Shown here: one piece after another, positions 53,490 to 64,000 of the stretch
How the letters are laid out: each line of letters starts with the position of its first letter
Numbering within the stretch: the first letter of the stretch is position 1
NCBI GenBank assembly: GCA_015494065.1
Contig: WGCA01000025.1
Coordinates: forward strand, 4,396 to 68,395
Direction of reading: 5' to 3'
DNA: 64,000 bases
From: Thermodesulfobacteriaceae bacterium
GTDB lineage: Bacteria; Desulfobacterota; Thermodesulfobacteria; Thermodesulfobacteriales; Thermodesulfatatoraceae
The notes under the pieces: model-generated
Seen by the model: the letters and a program-made list of their open reading frames with translations, nothing else
The model's database searches: none
What the model was told of the DNA's origin: nothing
Translations under genes and position numbers: made by a program

Positions 53490-53503
53490 CGCTTGTCCTG
53501 GCC

Positions 53504-54817
53504 TTGGTTAGCATCTTTTGGTTTTCTCCTCCGGTCCGGGGAGACCTTTCCTTTGCGGGCAGGCTTCTCACCCGGGGCACCCTTGATCTCACCCACGACC
53601 GCCCCTTTGAAGACCAGACCTCGGATAGGGAAAACCTGCGTTTGGAGGCCCGTCTGGAAACCGAAGGCTCTTGGGAAGTAAAAGCTGGCCTCTGGCTGGA
53701 CCGCCTTTCTTTTTACGGAAACCACAATGGGCGTGAAGAAACCCGTCTTGAGTGGTGGGAGACCTATCTCCGCTTCAGGGGAGAAAAGGTAGATATCACC
53801 CTGGGCAACCAGCTTATCCGCTGGGGCAAGGCCGACGAGATAACGGTGCTTGATAACCTCACCTGGCAGGACCTGCGCGAACTATTTACCTGGCGCCTTG
53901 AAGAACGACAAAAACCCTGGCCCTGGCTAAGGGTCCAGTATTTTGCCGAAACGTTCACCGTGGAGGGGGTCTTTACTCTCTGGCCCATGTGGCCCAAAAG
54001 GGATGATTTTGATTCTGACTGGGCGGTCTTTGACCATCTAAAAAAGACCTTAGAGGCCATAAACTTTCCCCTCTCCTTAAAGCTTGACAAACAGGACCTC
54101 TCCCCTTCCCTGCGTAACGCCGAGTTTGGGGTGCGGGTGGCAAGTTCTTTTAAGCAAGTGGACTGGGAACTTTCTTTTCTCCACGCCCACGACCGTTCGT
54201 TTTACTACTTCTTGCGCCACTTTCCCATTAAAGGCCTGGAACTTGATCACCCTGCCGAACCCTTGAAGGATCTTCTAAGAAACATTGGCCAAATTAAGAT
54301 CTTAGGCACCACGGCCCAGGTCCGGCGTCCCCAGGACAATATTTTAGGGCTGGCCTTTGAAACCGTCTGGCGGGGATGGGGCTTAAGGGGTGAGGTGGCC
54401 TACCATACCGGCCGGGTCTTTCTTAAAAAGGACCTCGAAGGGGTCCAGAAGCCCTATCTGCGCCTGGTCCTGGGAGCGGATTATCGGTTTGAAAACGGCC
54501 TTTACCTCAACTTTCAGTTTTTGACCCAGCATATCCTCGGCTGGTCTGAAGAAATCCTTTTTGACCCCGAATACGATTCCTACCTTTTTTTAAGGCTTTC
54601 CAAAAGCTTCTGGCAGGATTTTCTGGAAATCAGGCTTGACGGTACTTACGGGATAACCACCCGGGCCTATTACTTAAACCCGGAAATAGCCTACAAATTT
54701 AGAGACAACTGGGAAATCTTCGGCGGGTTTCACTTAATAGACGGCCCCAAAGGGACCTTCTTCGACGTGTACGATAACAACGACCAAGTTTATCTCGGGC
54801 TCAAAGTAAACTTTTGA
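53504..54817 (+). CDS. Putative outer-membrane beta-barrel protein partnered with the LolA-like/RND genes
   Basis: 437 aa with alternating beta-strand-like pattern and a C-terminal aromatic residue (LKVNF). The start is uncertain because the hydrophobic leader extends upstream to about 53483. Confidence 0.5.
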   Translation: MVSIFWFSPPVRGDLSFAGRLLTRGTLDLTHDRPFEDQTSDRENLRLEARLETEGSWEVKAGLWLDRLSFYGNHNGREETRLEWWETYLRFRGEKVDITLGNQLIRWGKADEITVLDNLTWQDLRELFTWRLEERQKPWPWLRVQYFAETFTVEGVFTLWPMWPKRDDFDSDWAVFDHLKKTLEAINFPLSLKLDKQDLSPSLRNAEFGVRVASSFKQVDWELSFLHAHDRSFYYFLRHFPIKGLELDHPAEPLKDLLRNIGQIKILGTTAQVRRPQDNILGLAFETVWRGWGLRGEVAYHTGRVFLKKDLEGVQKPYLRLVLGADYRFENGLYLNFQFLTQHILGWSEEILFDPEYDSYLFLRLSKSFWQDFLEIRLDGTYGITTRAYYLNPEIAYKFRDNWEIFGGFHLIDGPKGTFFDVYDNNDQVYLGLKVNF

Positions 54818-54843
54818 AGTCCCAAAGCCGATCCCAGAAATAA

Positions 54844-57066
54844 ATGTCTTACGAAAACTTGGTCCTAAAGCGAAGAAAGCTCTGGTATCTAGTCATCTTT
54901 CTGTCCGTGGTCTTTTTCTCCTGGCAGGCCTTAAGACTTCCCATAGTCACTTCCACCGACGCCATAATCCCCCGGGACCAGGAATATCGTTTTTACGAAG
55001 AGTTCCGCCAGCAATTTGGGGCTGATGACGTGGTAGCGGTGGCCTTAAAGGCCCGGGACGTCTTCCAACCACCGGTCCTAAGATACATAAGGACCCTCAC
55101 CGAGGCCTTTGAAGAAATCGCTGAGATCGAAGACGTGCTTTCCTTAACCAACGTGGAGGACGTAAAAGGGGGAGAAGAAGAATTTATCGTCGCCCCCCTT
55201 ATCGGGGAAGAGCTTCCTGAAAGCCAGGAAGAAATAGAGGCCGTAAAAAAGAGGGCCCGCCAAAACCCCCTCATATACGGTAACCTGGTCTCCAAAGACT
55301 TCAGCAGCACCATGCTCCTTTTAAGGACCGCCTACAAAGGGGAAGACCTTGATTTTGAAAACCGGCTGGTCAAAAAGGTCCAACAGGTATTGAAAAAAAA
55401 CCCTCCGCCTGAAGGGGTAGAGATCCACCTCTCTGGCTGGCCGGTCATAAACGTCAATATGGCAAGTTTTATGAACCGGGACCTCCTCGTCTTCGTCCCC
55501 ACTTCTTTTACCTGTCTTTGCTTGCTGGTGTGGCTTTTTTTGCGCTCGGTAAGGGCGATGATAGCGGTGGGCATCCTGATCAATTTCTCCCTCATCGGGG
55601 CCATGGCCACCCTCAAACTGGTAGGCGGAGCCTTAAGCCCAATGACCGCCATTTTGGCCCCTCTAACCATGGCCCTGGCCTTGGCAGACGCCATCCACCT
55701 GATTACCACCTATTTCAAACTGAAAAGTCACAGGGTAGAAGAAGCGGTACGGGAGACCTGGCACCCCTGTTTCTTGACCAGCCTCACCACGGCCATCGGC
55801 TTCGGTTCTCTGCTCATTTCCCGCATCCCTTCCATAAGACAATTTGGGGCCGCGGCCGCCGGGGCCATGTTCGTGGAATACTTTTTTACCTTTACTTTTC
55901 TGGCCTTTGTCCTGCCCTGGATCGCTCAAGGGAAAAAGAGCACTGGTCTTTCCAAGGCCCTGGTCACCCCTCTGGCAAACTCTTACCCCAGATGGACTGG
56001 CGGGGCGTTGGTCATCTTTTTGTTGGCCACCTTTGTCAGCCTCTACGGCATCCAAAAAATCCGGGTAGATAGCGACGTGCTGGAATTTTTCCACCCTGAC
56101 ACCCGGGTGTACCAGGACGCCGTCTTTATTGACCGGCACCTGGGCGGGGTCCAGACCATTGAGATCTCGCTTAAGGCCGAAAAGGGGGACTTTTTGGACC
56201 CCAAACTCCTCAAGAAGATAGACGAACTGGCCCAGTTTCTCGAAAAAAGGCCCATATTCAGCGAAGTAATTACACCGGCGGAGTTCTTTAAATTGATGAA
56301 CCGGGCCTTCCATAACGAAGATGAGGCCTATTTTCGCCTGCCCCGCTCAAGAGAGCTCCTTGCCCAATACCTGCTGCTTTATGGTGGCACGGAGCTTGAG
56401 CACTTTTTAGACCCGGACCAGACCTGGGCCCGCGTCTCCGCCCGGACCCCTGAACACAGCTCCGAGGTCATCAACCAAGAAATGGAAGTCCTGCGGCGGA
56501 AGTTAAAGACTCTTTTTGCCAATGAGCCGGTGAGCTGGCGCCTCACCGGCAAGACCTATCTGGTCAACCGGACCGCGGAAGATATCGTTAAAAGTCAGAC
56601 CGAAAGCCTGGCCCTGGCCGCCGTCCTCATTTTTGGCCTGATGTTTATGGTCTTGCGTTCTCTAAAGATTGGTTTGCTTTCCGTGCCCCCAAACGCCTTT
56701 CCCATAATGGCCAACCTGGGGTTGATGGGCCTTGTTGGCATCCCCTTAAATACCGCCACCGCTACCATTTCGGCCGTGGCCATCGGCATCGCCGTAGACG
56801 ACACCATTCATTTCCTAGTGCAATACGAGCGGGAAAGGAAGAAAAAAGACCCTATATCTGCGGTTAAGGCCACCCTGGAACGCAAAGGTCTGGCCGCCAT
56901 CACCACATCCCTGGTCCTGATAGTGGGCTTTCTGGTGCTGGTGGTCTCACGCTTCATCCCCACGGTCCAGTTCGGCGAATTGTGTGCCCTGGTAATGGTC
57001 TTGGCGCTGGCCGCAGACCTCTTCTTACTCCCTTCCCTGATCAAACTCGGCCGGCGTTTCTTTTAA
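54844..57066 (+). CDS. RND-superfamily (MMPL-type) exporter
   Basis: 740 aa. Two 6-TM bundles, each preceded by a large soluble loop. Confidence 0.8.
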   Translation: MSYENLVLKRRKLWYLVIFLSVVFFSWQALRLPIVTSTDAIIPRDQEYRFYEEFRQQFGADDVVAVALKARDVFQPPVLRYIRTLTEAFEEIAEIEDVLSLTNVEDVKGGEEEFIVAPLIGEELPESQEEIEAVKKRARQNPLIYGNLVSKDFSSTMLLLRTAYKGEDLDFENRLVKKVQQVLKKNPPPEGVEIHLSGWPVINVNMASFMNRDLLVFVPTSFTCLCLLVWLFLRSVRAMIAVGILINFSLIGAMATLKLVGGALSPMTAILAPLTMALALADAIHLITTYFKLKSHRVEEAVRETWHPCFLTSLTTAIGFGSLLISRIPSIRQFGAAAAGAMFVEYFFTFTFLAFVLPWIAQGKKSTGLSKALVTPLANSYPRWTGGALVIFLLATFVSLYGIQKIRVDSDVLEFFHPDTRVYQDAVFIDRHLGGVQTIEISLKAEKGDFLDPKLLKKIDELAQFLEKRPIFSEVITPAEFFKLMNRAFHNEDEAYFRLPRSRELLAQYLLLYGGTELEHFLDPDQTWARVSARTPEHSSEVINQEMEVLRRKLKTLFANEPVSWRLTGKTYLVNRTAEDIVKSQTESLALAAVLIFGLMFMVLRSLKIGLLSVPPNAFPIMANLGLMGLVGIPLNTATATISAVAIGIAVDDTIHFLVQYERERKKKDPISAVKATLERKGLAAITTSLVLIVGFLVLVVSRFIPTVQFGELCALVMVLALAADLFLLPSLIKLGRRFF

Positions 57067-58967
57067 GCCCTTAAGACCTTTAGCTTTTTCCTGTCCAACT
57101 CTTCCAGCCAGGAAAGGGTGTTTTGAGCGATCTTTTCCGGGGTTAATCCGTATTTTTCACGCAAAAGGTCAGGGGCACCGTGCTCGATAAATTTGTCTGG
57201 AAGCCCTATCATTTTGACCGGAATGTTTAGCCCTTCTTGGGCCAGGAGCTCAAGTACCGCCGCCCCGAAACCTCCCTGAAGGGCGTTTTCCTCCACGGTA
57301 ACCACCTTTTTGATCCTGCGCGCCAGGGACAGGATAAGTTCGCGGTCCAAAGGTTTTACGAAACGGGCGTTGACCACCGCCGCGGAAAAACCTTCTTTTT
57401 CCAGGAGGTGAGCGGCCTTGAGGGCGGGATAGACCATGTTGCCGATGGCCAAAAAGAGGACATCCGTGCCCTCTCGCAGGAGCTCCCCTTGGCCGATGGG
57501 AAGCTCTTTGAGTTCCCAGTCAAGGCTAACCCCTACCCCGGCCCCCCTCGGATAGCGCACCGCTATGGGGCCCTGGTGTCTCACCGCGGTGTAAAGCATG
57601 TGTTGGAGTTCGTTTTCGTCCTTGGGGGCCATGACCACCATGTTGGGGATGATGCGCAGGTAGGAAAGGTCAAACTGCCCCTGATGGGTGGGGCCGTCCT
57701 CACCTACGATCCCTCCCCGGTCAATGGCAAAGACCACGTGAAGGTCCATCAAAGCCACGTCGTGGATGATCTGATCGTAAGCTCGCTGGAGAAAGGTAGA
57801 ATAGATGGCGCACACCGGGATCATACCCCCGATGGCCAGCCCCGCCGCAAAGGTCACGGCGTGTTGTTCCGCGATCCCGACGTCAAAAAAGCGATCCGGG
57901 AAACGCTCCCCGAAGGCCTTAAGCCCGGTACCCGTGGGCATGGCGGCGGTAATCGCCACCAGACGAGGTTCTTCTTCCGCAAGTCTCAGCATCACCTTGG
58001 AGAAAACGCTGGTGTAAGAAGGGGGCTTGGGTTTGCCGGCCTTGGGTTTGCCGGTCTTGACGTCAAAAGGACCAAGGCCGTGGAAGCGTTCCGGCTCCTG
58101 CTCGGCCGGAGGATAACCCTTGCCTTTTTTGGTGAGTACGTGTACCAAAGTGGGCCCTTCAAGGGCCTTTACGTTTTTTAAAGTCTTTATCAGGATATCC
58201 ACGTTGTGCCCGGGGATGGGACCCACGTAGCGAAATCCCAGGGCCTCAAAGAGCATACCAGGGGTAAGGAGGCATTTGATGGCGTCTTCGCTCTTTTTGA
58301 TGGCGGTCACCAGGTGTTCTCCCCCAGGCAGGTGGCTCACCAGGGATTCCAGTTCCCGTTTGAAACGACGGGCCAGAGGGCCTGTAAGTTTCCGGGAAAG
58401 GAAGGAAGAAAGGGCCCCCACGTTAGGGGAGATGGACATCTCGTTATCGTTTAAGATCACGATCAGGTCTTTTTTGAGGTGGCCGGCGTTGTTTAAACCT
58501 TCAAAGGCCAGCCCCGCGGTCATGGACCCGTCCCCGATCACCACCACCACTTTGCCCTTCTCGCCCAGAAGGTCCTGGGCGGTAACCAGGCCCAAGGCCG
58601 CCGAAATAGAGGTGCTGCTGTGCCCCACGTCTACGATATCATGCGGGCTTTCGGAACGCTTGGGAAAACCGGCAATTCCTCCATACTGGCGGAGGGTGTG
58701 AAAACGATCCCGCCGTCCGGTAAGGAGCTTGTGGGCGTAAGCCTGGTGCCCTACGTCCCAGACGATCTTGTCTTTCGGCGAGTCGAATACGTAATGAAGG
58801 GCGATGGTAAGCTCGACCACCCCGAGGTTTGGGGCGAGATGCCCCCCGGTTTCCGCCACCGTCTCGACGATCACCCGCCTGAGCTCTTCGGCTAATTTTT
58901 CTAGCTGGGGAAGCCTTAACTTTTTGAGGTCTTTGGGGGAATCTATCTTTTCCAAAAGACCGGCCAT
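57063..58967 (-). CDS. dxs: 1-deoxy-D-xylulose-5-phosphate synthase
   Basis: [35 protein letters not shown] motifs. 634 aa. Confidence 0.96.
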   Translation of the reverse strand: MAGLLEKIDSPKDLKKLRLPQLEKLAEELRRVIVETVAETGGHLAPNLGVVELTIALHYVFDSPKDKIVWDVGHQAYAHKLLTGRRDRFHTLRQYGGIAGFPKRSESPHDIVDVGHSSTSISAALGLVTAQDLLGEKGKVVVVIGDGSMTAGLAFEGLNNAGHLKKDLIVILNDNEMSISPNVGALSSFLSRKLTGPLARRFKRELESLVSHLPGGEHLVTAIKKSEDAIKCLLTPGMLFEALGFRYVGPIPGHNVDILIKTLKNVKALEGPTLVHVLTKKGKGYPPAEQEPERFHGLGPFDVKTGKPKAGKPKPPSYTSVFSKVMLRLAEEEPRLVAITAAMPTGTGLKAFGERFPDRFFDVGIAEQHAVTFAAGLAIGGMIPVCAIYSTFLQRAYDQIIHDVALMDLHVVFAIDRGGIVGEDGPTHQGQFDLSYLRIIPNMVVMAPKDENELQHMLYTAVRHQGPIAVRYPRGAGVGVSLDWELKELPIGQGELLREGTDVLFLAIGNMVYPALKAAHLLEKEGFSAAVVNARFVKPLDRELILSLARRIKKVVTVEENALQGGFGAAVLELLAQEGLNIPVKMIGLPDKFIEHGAPDLLREKYGLTPEKIAQNTLSWLEELDRKKLKVLRA

Positions 58968-59049
58968 TTTTCTCCACCCACCCGTTAAATTTTTACCAAT
59001 TTTACTTTATAAAAATCTCCGAGGCGAGGGCATCTATTAAGGAGAGGTT

Positions 59050-60288
59050 ATGGATCTTTACGCCTGGTTTACCTTTTTTCTCACTTTTACCGTCCTTTGC
59101 GGCTATCTGAATTATCGTTTTCTCAAGTTGCCAAGCGCCATAGGGCTTACCTTGGTGGCCTTCGTGCTAGCCCTCTTGCTGCTAGTGGAAGAAAGGCTCT
59201 GGCCGGCCAGGTCTATTCTCTCCCCGCTCCTTTCTTTCCTGGCCCGCTTTCCCTTTGAAAAGGCCCTGCTCCACTGGATGCTTGGTTTTCTACTCTTTGC
59301 CGGGGCCTTGCACGTAGAACTTGAGACCCTGATGGCCCGCCTAAAAAGCATCCTTTCCCTGGCGACTTTAGGGGTCTTTATTTCCACTGGTCTTACCGCT
59401 GGCCTGGTCTTTCTCCTCGGCAAACTGGTCGGTCTTAATATACCCCTTATCTGGGCCCTCCTTTTCGGGGCCCTGATCGCCCCCACCGATCCGGTGGCCG
59501 TGCTCTCCCTCTTCAAAAAGGCCGGCGTGGAAAAAGAAAGGGAAATCGTGATCGTGGGGGAATCGCTCTTAAACGACGGGGTAGCGGTAGTCCTTTTTCT
59601 TTCCATTTACGAAATGATGAAAGCGGAAGAACATTTTGGCCTTGGCCAATTTTTCTTGCTTCTTGGCCAAGAGGCCCTGGGCGGCCTCCTACTGGGGGCA
59701 GCCCTGGGCTACCTTTCTTTCCTCCTCTTAAAAAGCATAGACGACTACGAGCTTGAAGTCCTGATCACCCTGGCCCTGGTGATGCTCTGCTTTACCCTGG
59801 CCGAAAGGCTTCACCTTTCAGGTCCTCTGGCGGTAGTAGCGGCAGGGCTCCTCATCGGCAACCACGGCCGGCGCCTGGCCATGAGCCCCCTTACGGTGGA
59901 ACACGTGGACACCTTTTGGCGTTTGATAGACAGCCTCTTAAACGCCGTGCTTTTCCTTCTGGTAGGGCTTGAAGTCTTGCTCTTGAGCCTGAAGCCCCTC
60001 TATTTGCTATTGGCCCTGGCCAGTATCCCGGCCGTGCTTGCGGCACGTTTCCTGAGCGTGGGCTTAAGCCTTAAGATCGTACGCCCCCTAGGCCAGTTAA
60101 CGTTAAGGGAGACTTTCTTTTTTACCTGGGCCGGTCTCAGGGGCGGGATCGCGCTCGCCCTCTGTTTGAGTCTTCCCCAGGGGAGTCTTCGCGAACTCTT
60201 CCTACACTTTACCTACCTAAACGTCCTTTTTTCTGTTTTAGTCCAGGGCTTAACTATTCCGCGGGTGGCGGCTTTCCTCAAAAATTAG
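59050..60288 (+). CDS. CPA1-family Na+/H+ (cation:proton) antiporter
   Basis: 412-aa polytopic protein: APTDPVAV, ESLLNDG motifs. Confidence 0.8.
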   Translation: MDLYAWFTFFLTFTVLCGYLNYRFLKLPSAIGLTLVAFVLALLLLVEERLWPARSILSPLLSFLARFPFEKALLHWMLGFLLFAGALHVELETLMARLKSILSLATLGVFISTGLTAGLVFLLGKLVGLNIPLIWALLFGALIAPTDPVAVLSLFKKAGVEKEREIVIVGESLLNDGVAVVLFLSIYEMMKAEEHFGLGQFFLLLGQEALGGLLLGAALGYLSFLLLKSIDDYELEVLITLALVMLCFTLAERLHLSGPLAVVAAGLLIGNHGRRLAMSPLTVEHVDTFWRLIDSLLNAVLFLLVGLEVLLLSLKPLYLLLALASIPAVLAARFLSVGLSLKIVRPLGQLTLRETFFFTWAGLRGGIALALCLSLPQGSLRELFLHFTYLNVLFSVLVQGLTIPRVAAFLKN

Positions 60289-61187
60289 AGTTTCCTTTCA
60301 AGGACGTAGTAGGCGATGTCTCTTAAAGGGGTGGCCTCCTTACCAAAAGGAGATAAGGCCTCAAGGGCCTCGTTTAAAAGCTTTTTGGCCTCCTCCCGGG
60401 CCCCTTCCAGCCCGAAAAGGGCGGGATAGGTGGCCTTTTTCTTCTCAAGGTCAGAACCCACTGGTTTCCCCAGGGTCTTTTCGTCCCCGGTAAGGTCTAA
60501 GATATCGTCTACGATCTGGAAGGCGTGCCCTATCTTCCAGCCGTACTGGGAAAGTTTCTCTAAACTTTCTTCCGGCGCCCCCCAGAGTATGGCCCCGGCC
60601 AGAACCGAAGCCCTGATCAGGGCGGCGGTCTTGTGGCGGTGGATAAAGAAGAGTTCTTCAGGGTTTACTTTTTTCCCTTCTGCCAGAAGGTCGGCCATCT
60701 GTCCGGCCACCATACCGAAAAGGCCCGCGGCCTCGGAGATAAGCCGTATTACGGTAAGGATGCGGGTTGCAGGAAATCTTTTTTCCAGTTCTTCGTGGGC
60801 CAGGAGGCGAAAGGCATGGGTCAGAAGACCATCTCCAGCAAGAATAGCGGTGGCCTCGTCAAAGGCCTTGTGGCAAGTGGGTTTGCCCCGGCGGAGATCG
60901 TCATCGTCCATGGCTGGAAGATCATCATGGATGAGGGAATAAGTGTGGATACATTCGAGCGCACAGGCTACCGGCAAGAGGGGTTCCGGCTCCCCCCCTA
61001 CGGCCTCGGCCCCGGCCAGTACCAGGATGGGGCGCAGCCTCTTGCCCCCCGCAAAGAGGCTATAATGCATGGCCTCGGTAAGCCGGGCCGCTGGCCCTGA
61101 AAGCATGGGGACAAACCGGGTAAGAGCCTGGTTGATAAGGTGCTGCCGGGCTTTGAGATAATCGAAAAAGACCGGTGAAAGACTCAT
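60285..61187 (-). CDS. ispA: (2E,6E)-farnesyl diphosphate synthase / polyprenyl synthetase
   Basis: LIHDDLPAMDDDDLRRG (FARM) and FQIVDDILD (SARM). Confidence 0.92.
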   Translation of the reverse strand: MSLSPVFFDYLKARQHLINQALTRFVPMLSGPAARLTEAMHYSLFAGGKRLRPILVLAGAEAVGGEPEPLLPVACALECIHTYSLIHDDLPAMDDDDLRRGKPTCHKAFDEATAILAGDGLLTHAFRLLAHEELEKRFPATRILTVIRLISEAAGLFGMVAGQMADLLAEGKKVNPEELFFIHRHKTAALIRASVLAGAILWGAPEESLEKLSQYGWKIGHAFQIVDDILDLTGDEKTLGKPVGSDLEKKKATYPALFGLEGAREEAKKLLNEALEALSPFGKEATPLRDIAYYVLERKL

Positions 61188-61405
61188 GTATCCTCACTAA
61201 GGGAAAAGACGGTGAGGCTTCCGTCTTCCTCACTCTTCAGGACTTCGATCTTCTTTTCGGCCTCGGCGAGGAGGTGCTGGCAGTTGCGCAAAAGACGCAC
61301 CCCTTCCTCATACCGGGCCAGGGCCTCCTCAAGAGGGAGCTCCTCTCCCTCAAGCTCAAGGATGATCTCCTCAAGGCTTTTGAGGGTCTCTTCAAAACGC
61401 ATCAA
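61184..61405 (-). CDS. xseB: Exodeoxyribonuclease VII small subunit
   Basis: 73 aa: FEETLKSLEEIILELEGEELPLEEALARYEEGVRLLRNC. Confidence 0.9.
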   Translation of the reverse strand: MMRFEETLKSLEEIILELEGEELPLEEALARYEEGVRLLRNCQHLLAEAEKKIEVLKSEEDGSLTVFSLSEDT

Positions 61406-62217
61406 AAGACCTCAAGTAAGGTCTTCGGGTCTACTTTAACACCGGCGATATAAACCCCAAAGTGGAGATGTGGGCCGGTAACCCGGCCTGTCTTGCCGGA
61501 AAAGGCAATTTTCTGGCCCTTGGCCACCAATTCTCCTTCCTTCACCAAAATCTTCTCAAGGTGACAGTAGACAGTGTAAATACCAAGGCCGTGGTCGATT
61601 ATCACGGTTTTCCCGGGGAGATAAAACTCTCCTACCAGCACCACCCGGCCCCGGTTGGCGGCTTTAACCAAAGTGCCTTCCGGAAGGGCTATATCAAGCC
61701 CGGCGTGAGGACTTCTCGGCTCCCCGTTAAAAAAACGGCGCAAACCAAAGGGACTTGAGAGCCTGCCCGCCGCAGGCCAGGTAAAAGGCCCGTCTAGAAG
61801 GGGCTCAGGGGTGATCCGGGACACGGTGTTTTTGATGAGCCTGATCTCCCGCTTAATGCGGGAAAGCACCCCCGGTGGGTAACGCACCATCTTCTTGGGA
61901 ACCTTAAGGTGTTCTTCCGGATACTTTTTGGGAAAGACCTTGAGGGAAAGCTCCTTCTTTCCCCTAGTAAAAAAGATGGCTACTGAATATTTGCCCGGGG
62001 AGGTCCCCAACGGAATGGCTGCCAGGACGCAGTACTTGCCCTGAAAAGCAAAAGGGTAAAAATTGCGCCCCAGAAAGGTTAGCTTTTTGACTTTCTCCTG
62101 GAATGAAAAAAGGACCGGGGCCCCGGGGAAAGGTTTTTCAGGCCGGTAATCAAGGGCCCAGGCCGATGCTTTAGCCAAAAAGAGCAAACCAAAAAGGATA
62201 CAAAACTTTCGGGACAT
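61402..62217 (-). CDS. M23-family metallopeptidase (secreted)
   Basis: Signal peptide. HAGLDIA...VIIDHG...GPHLHF. Confidence 0.88.
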   Translation of the reverse strand: MSRKFCILFGLLFLAKASAWALDYRPEKPFPGAPVLFSFQEKVKKLTFLGRNFYPFAFQGKYCVLAAIPLGTSPGKYSVAIFFTRGKKELSLKVFPKKYPEEHLKVPKKMVRYPPGVLSRIKREIRLIKNTVSRITPEPLLDGPFTWPAAGRLSSPFGLRRFFNGEPRSPHAGLDIALPEGTLVKAANRGRVVLVGEFYLPGKTVIIDHGLGIYTVYCHLEKILVKEGELVAKGQKIAFSGKTGRVTGPHLHFGVYIAGVKVDPKTLLEVF

Positions 62218-62329
62218 TTAAGTCATCTTTCGCCTAACTATTCAAAGACGCCCCTTGCCAACTCTTTCATGGAGACTAACAAGTTTAGTTGAGCTTTAGA
62301 GATGAGACAAGACTCTAGAGGAGGCGGCA

Positions 62330-63409
62330 ATGGTCAAGAAGGACCTTTACGAAATATTGGGAGTGAGCCCGGACGCCAGCCAGGAAGAAATCAAAAAGGC
62401 CTACCGCCGGCTGGCGCGCAAATATCACCCTGATCTTCACCGGGGAGACAAGGAGGCGGAGGAAAAATTCAAAGAAATACAGGAAGCTTACGAAATCCTT
62501 TCTGATCCCAAGAAGCGGGCCGAATATGACAAATTACGTCAGGCCGCAAGCGCCTATAGTTTTACCACCCCGGGCGGTGAAAGGGCGTACGACTTTAGCG
62601 TTTTTATGGATGAGGCAGGTCCCTTCGGTGGTTTTGCCGATATTTTTGCTGACCTCTTCGGGTTCGAAAGGGAATGGGAGCCTGGGCCGAGTCCCGGCGC
62701 CGACGTCCTTTACCGGGTGGAAGTCCCTTTTAGAGAAGCCGCCCTGGGAGGCGAGGTGGAGGTAAACGTCCCTTTAGAAAAACCCTGCCCCACCTGTCAC
62801 GGGCAGGGGGTTGATCTCTCAAGCGCTACCACCTGCCCGCACTGTAACGGAGCGGGTAAGCGGGTGCATACCCGTGGAAACGTGCGCATGGTAGAAATCT
62901 GCCCCTATTGTCGGGGGCTTGGCCGTACCACCACCCGGCCTTGCCCGACTTGTCACGGCCGGGGGACAGTGCAGGAGTACGAAAGGCTTAAAGTCCGTAT
63001 CCCTCCGGGGGCGGAGACGGGAACCAGACTCAGGATACCGGGCAAGGGGCTGCCCGGGCGTGCGGGAGGACCCCCGGGAGACCTTTACCTGGAATTAGTG
63101 GTCAAGCCAGACCCGCGTTTTGAACGTAAGGGCTATGATCTCTATCTAAAACAACCCATCGGCCTTTTCACCGCCGTCTTGGGCGGCCAGGTGGAAGTAC
63201 CCACCCTGAACGGGAAGGTAAGGATGAAGGTGCCTGCCGGGACCCAGTGTGGCCAAAAATTCAGGCTCCGCGGCAAGGGTATCCCCAAACCGGACGGGAC
63301 CAGGGGGGACCTTTACGTGGAAGCCATGATCACCGTACCCAAGCATTTGAGCCCTGAGGCCCGCCGCAAATTTGAAGAGTTGCGGCGTCTGATACCCGAG
63401 GCTTCTTAA
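62330..63409 (+). CDS. dnaJ: Molecular chaperone DnaJ
   Basis: J domain (DLYEILGV...KYHPD) and four CxxCxGxG Zn-finger repeats. Confidence 0.95.
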   Translation: MVKKDLYEILGVSPDASQEEIKKAYRRLARKYHPDLHRGDKEAEEKFKEIQEAYEILSDPKKRAEYDKLRQAASAYSFTTPGGERAYDFSVFMDEAGPFGGFADIFADLFGFEREWEPGPSPGADVLYRVEVPFREAALGGEVEVNVPLEKPCPTCHGQGVDLSSATTCPHCNGAGKRVHTRGNVRMVEICPYCRGLGRTTTRPCPTCHGRGTVQEYERLKVRIPPGAETGTRLRIPGKGLPGRAGGPPGDLYLELVVKPDPRFERKGYDLYLKQPIGLFTAVLGGQVEVPTLNGKVRMKVPAGTQCGQKFRLRGKGIPKPDGTRGDLYVEAMITVPKHLSPEARRKFEELRRLIPEAS

Positions 63410-63432
63410 AAACCCTTAAAAGGGGGGGAACC

Positions 63433-63981
63433 ATGAAGGTCAAGATCGGGGAGGCCGTTTTGGAATTGGTTGAGGGAGACATCACCCAGCAGGATACGGA
63501 GGCCATCGTAAACGCGGCCAACGAGCAACTCATTCCCGGAGGGGGCGTGGACGGAGCTATCCACCGGGCCGGTGGGCCGAGCATCGCGGAGGAAGCGCGC
63601 AAATATGGTCGTTGCCCCACCGGAAGCGCGGTAATCACCGGGGCGGGAAACTTGAAGGCCAAATACGTCATCCACGCCGTCGGCCCCCGCTACCAGGACG
63701 GCAAACACGGAGAGCCCGAGCTTCTGGCCAGCGCCTATAGATCAGCCCTTAACATCTGTCTTGAGAAGGGAATCGATTCGGTGGCCTTTCCTTCGCTTTC
63801 AACCGGGGCCTACGGCTACCCCCTGCCGGAGGCCGCCCGCATTGCTTTAAAGACCATCATCTCTTTTCTCAAAAAACACGGACGCCCCAGACTGGTGCGC
63901 ATGGTGCTTTTTGGAAAAGAGGCTTACCAGGCCTACGAAGAGGCCCTCAAAGAATTAGCCGCCCAGGAAGGGCTTAGTTAA
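63433..63981 (+). CDS. Macro-domain protein (O-acetyl-ADP-ribose deacetylase-like)
   Basis: GDITQQDTEAIVNAAN, GGGVDGAIH, HAVGP, SLSTGAYGYP. Confidence 0.9.
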   Translation: MKVKIGEAVLELVEGDITQQDTEAIVNAANEQLIPGGGVDGAIHRAGGPSIAEEARKYGRCPTGSAVITGAGNLKAKYVIHAVGPRYQDGKHGEPELLASAYRSALNICLEKGIDSVAFPSLSTGAYGYPLPEAARIALKTIISFLKKHGRPRLVRMVLFGKEAYQAYEEALKELAAQEGLS

Positions 63982-64000
63982 AGAACCTTTTGAAGCCGCG

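Noticed and set aside
62218-62329. CIRCE (HrcA) element or sigma-32 promoter upstream of dnaJ.
   Set aside because: There is no TTAGCACTC-N9-GAGTGCTAA-like inverted repeat. TTAGTTGAGC...GACTCTAGAG does not form the required dyad.

Overview
This is a gene-dense 64-kb chromosomal window (about 55 CDS) with no rRNA, tRNA, CRISPR or mobile elements. The gene content fits an anaerobic, probably thermophilic, sulfur- or sulfate-metabolising autotroph. A Thermodesulfobacteriota-like origin is my inference from that content only.

The core (10557-32478, minus strand) is a near-complete Wood-Ljungdahl cluster: fhs | folD-cooS/acsA-hdrA-mvhD-FeS-mvhD-metV-metF::acsD-acsB-acsC-acsE | fdhA. The ORF track hides three things there:
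- Three genes are split or truncated by in-frame TGA codons. Each sits at a known Cys/Sec position and is followed by a SECIS-like hairpin: fdhA at 12192-12194, mvhD at 24142-24144, hdrA at 27244-27246.
- MetF and the corrinoid Fe-S protein small subunit AcsD are one 878-aa polypeptide joined by a linker of about 264 aa.
- The formate dehydrogenase is a 1362-aa single chain that carries a GltD/SfrB-like NAD(P)H module.

The methylene-THF reductase genes sit with a tandem-duplicated HdrA and two MvhD paralogs, but no HdrB.

Other content:
- glnD-glnB with a sigma54-type promoter
- an Aq_880/HARP-like protein-only RNase P candidate
- an oxygen-defence locus (fprA, dfx, a C-x4-C rubredoxin, a new desulforedoxin-domain protein)
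- biotin genes with an adenine deaminase embedded
- livGF plus a degenerate PaaK-like protein
- dsrMKJOP plus a DsrN-like amidase
- pyrF
- a LolA-like/OM-barrel/RND exporter module
- xseB-ispA/dxs, dnaJ and a macro-domain protein

A 17-bp inverted repeat (TTTAGAATTTWTCTAAA) occurs over the rubredoxin -10 and again just upstream of cooS. That suggests an uncharacterised shared operator.

All calls come from reading the sequence and translations by eye. No database search was run.
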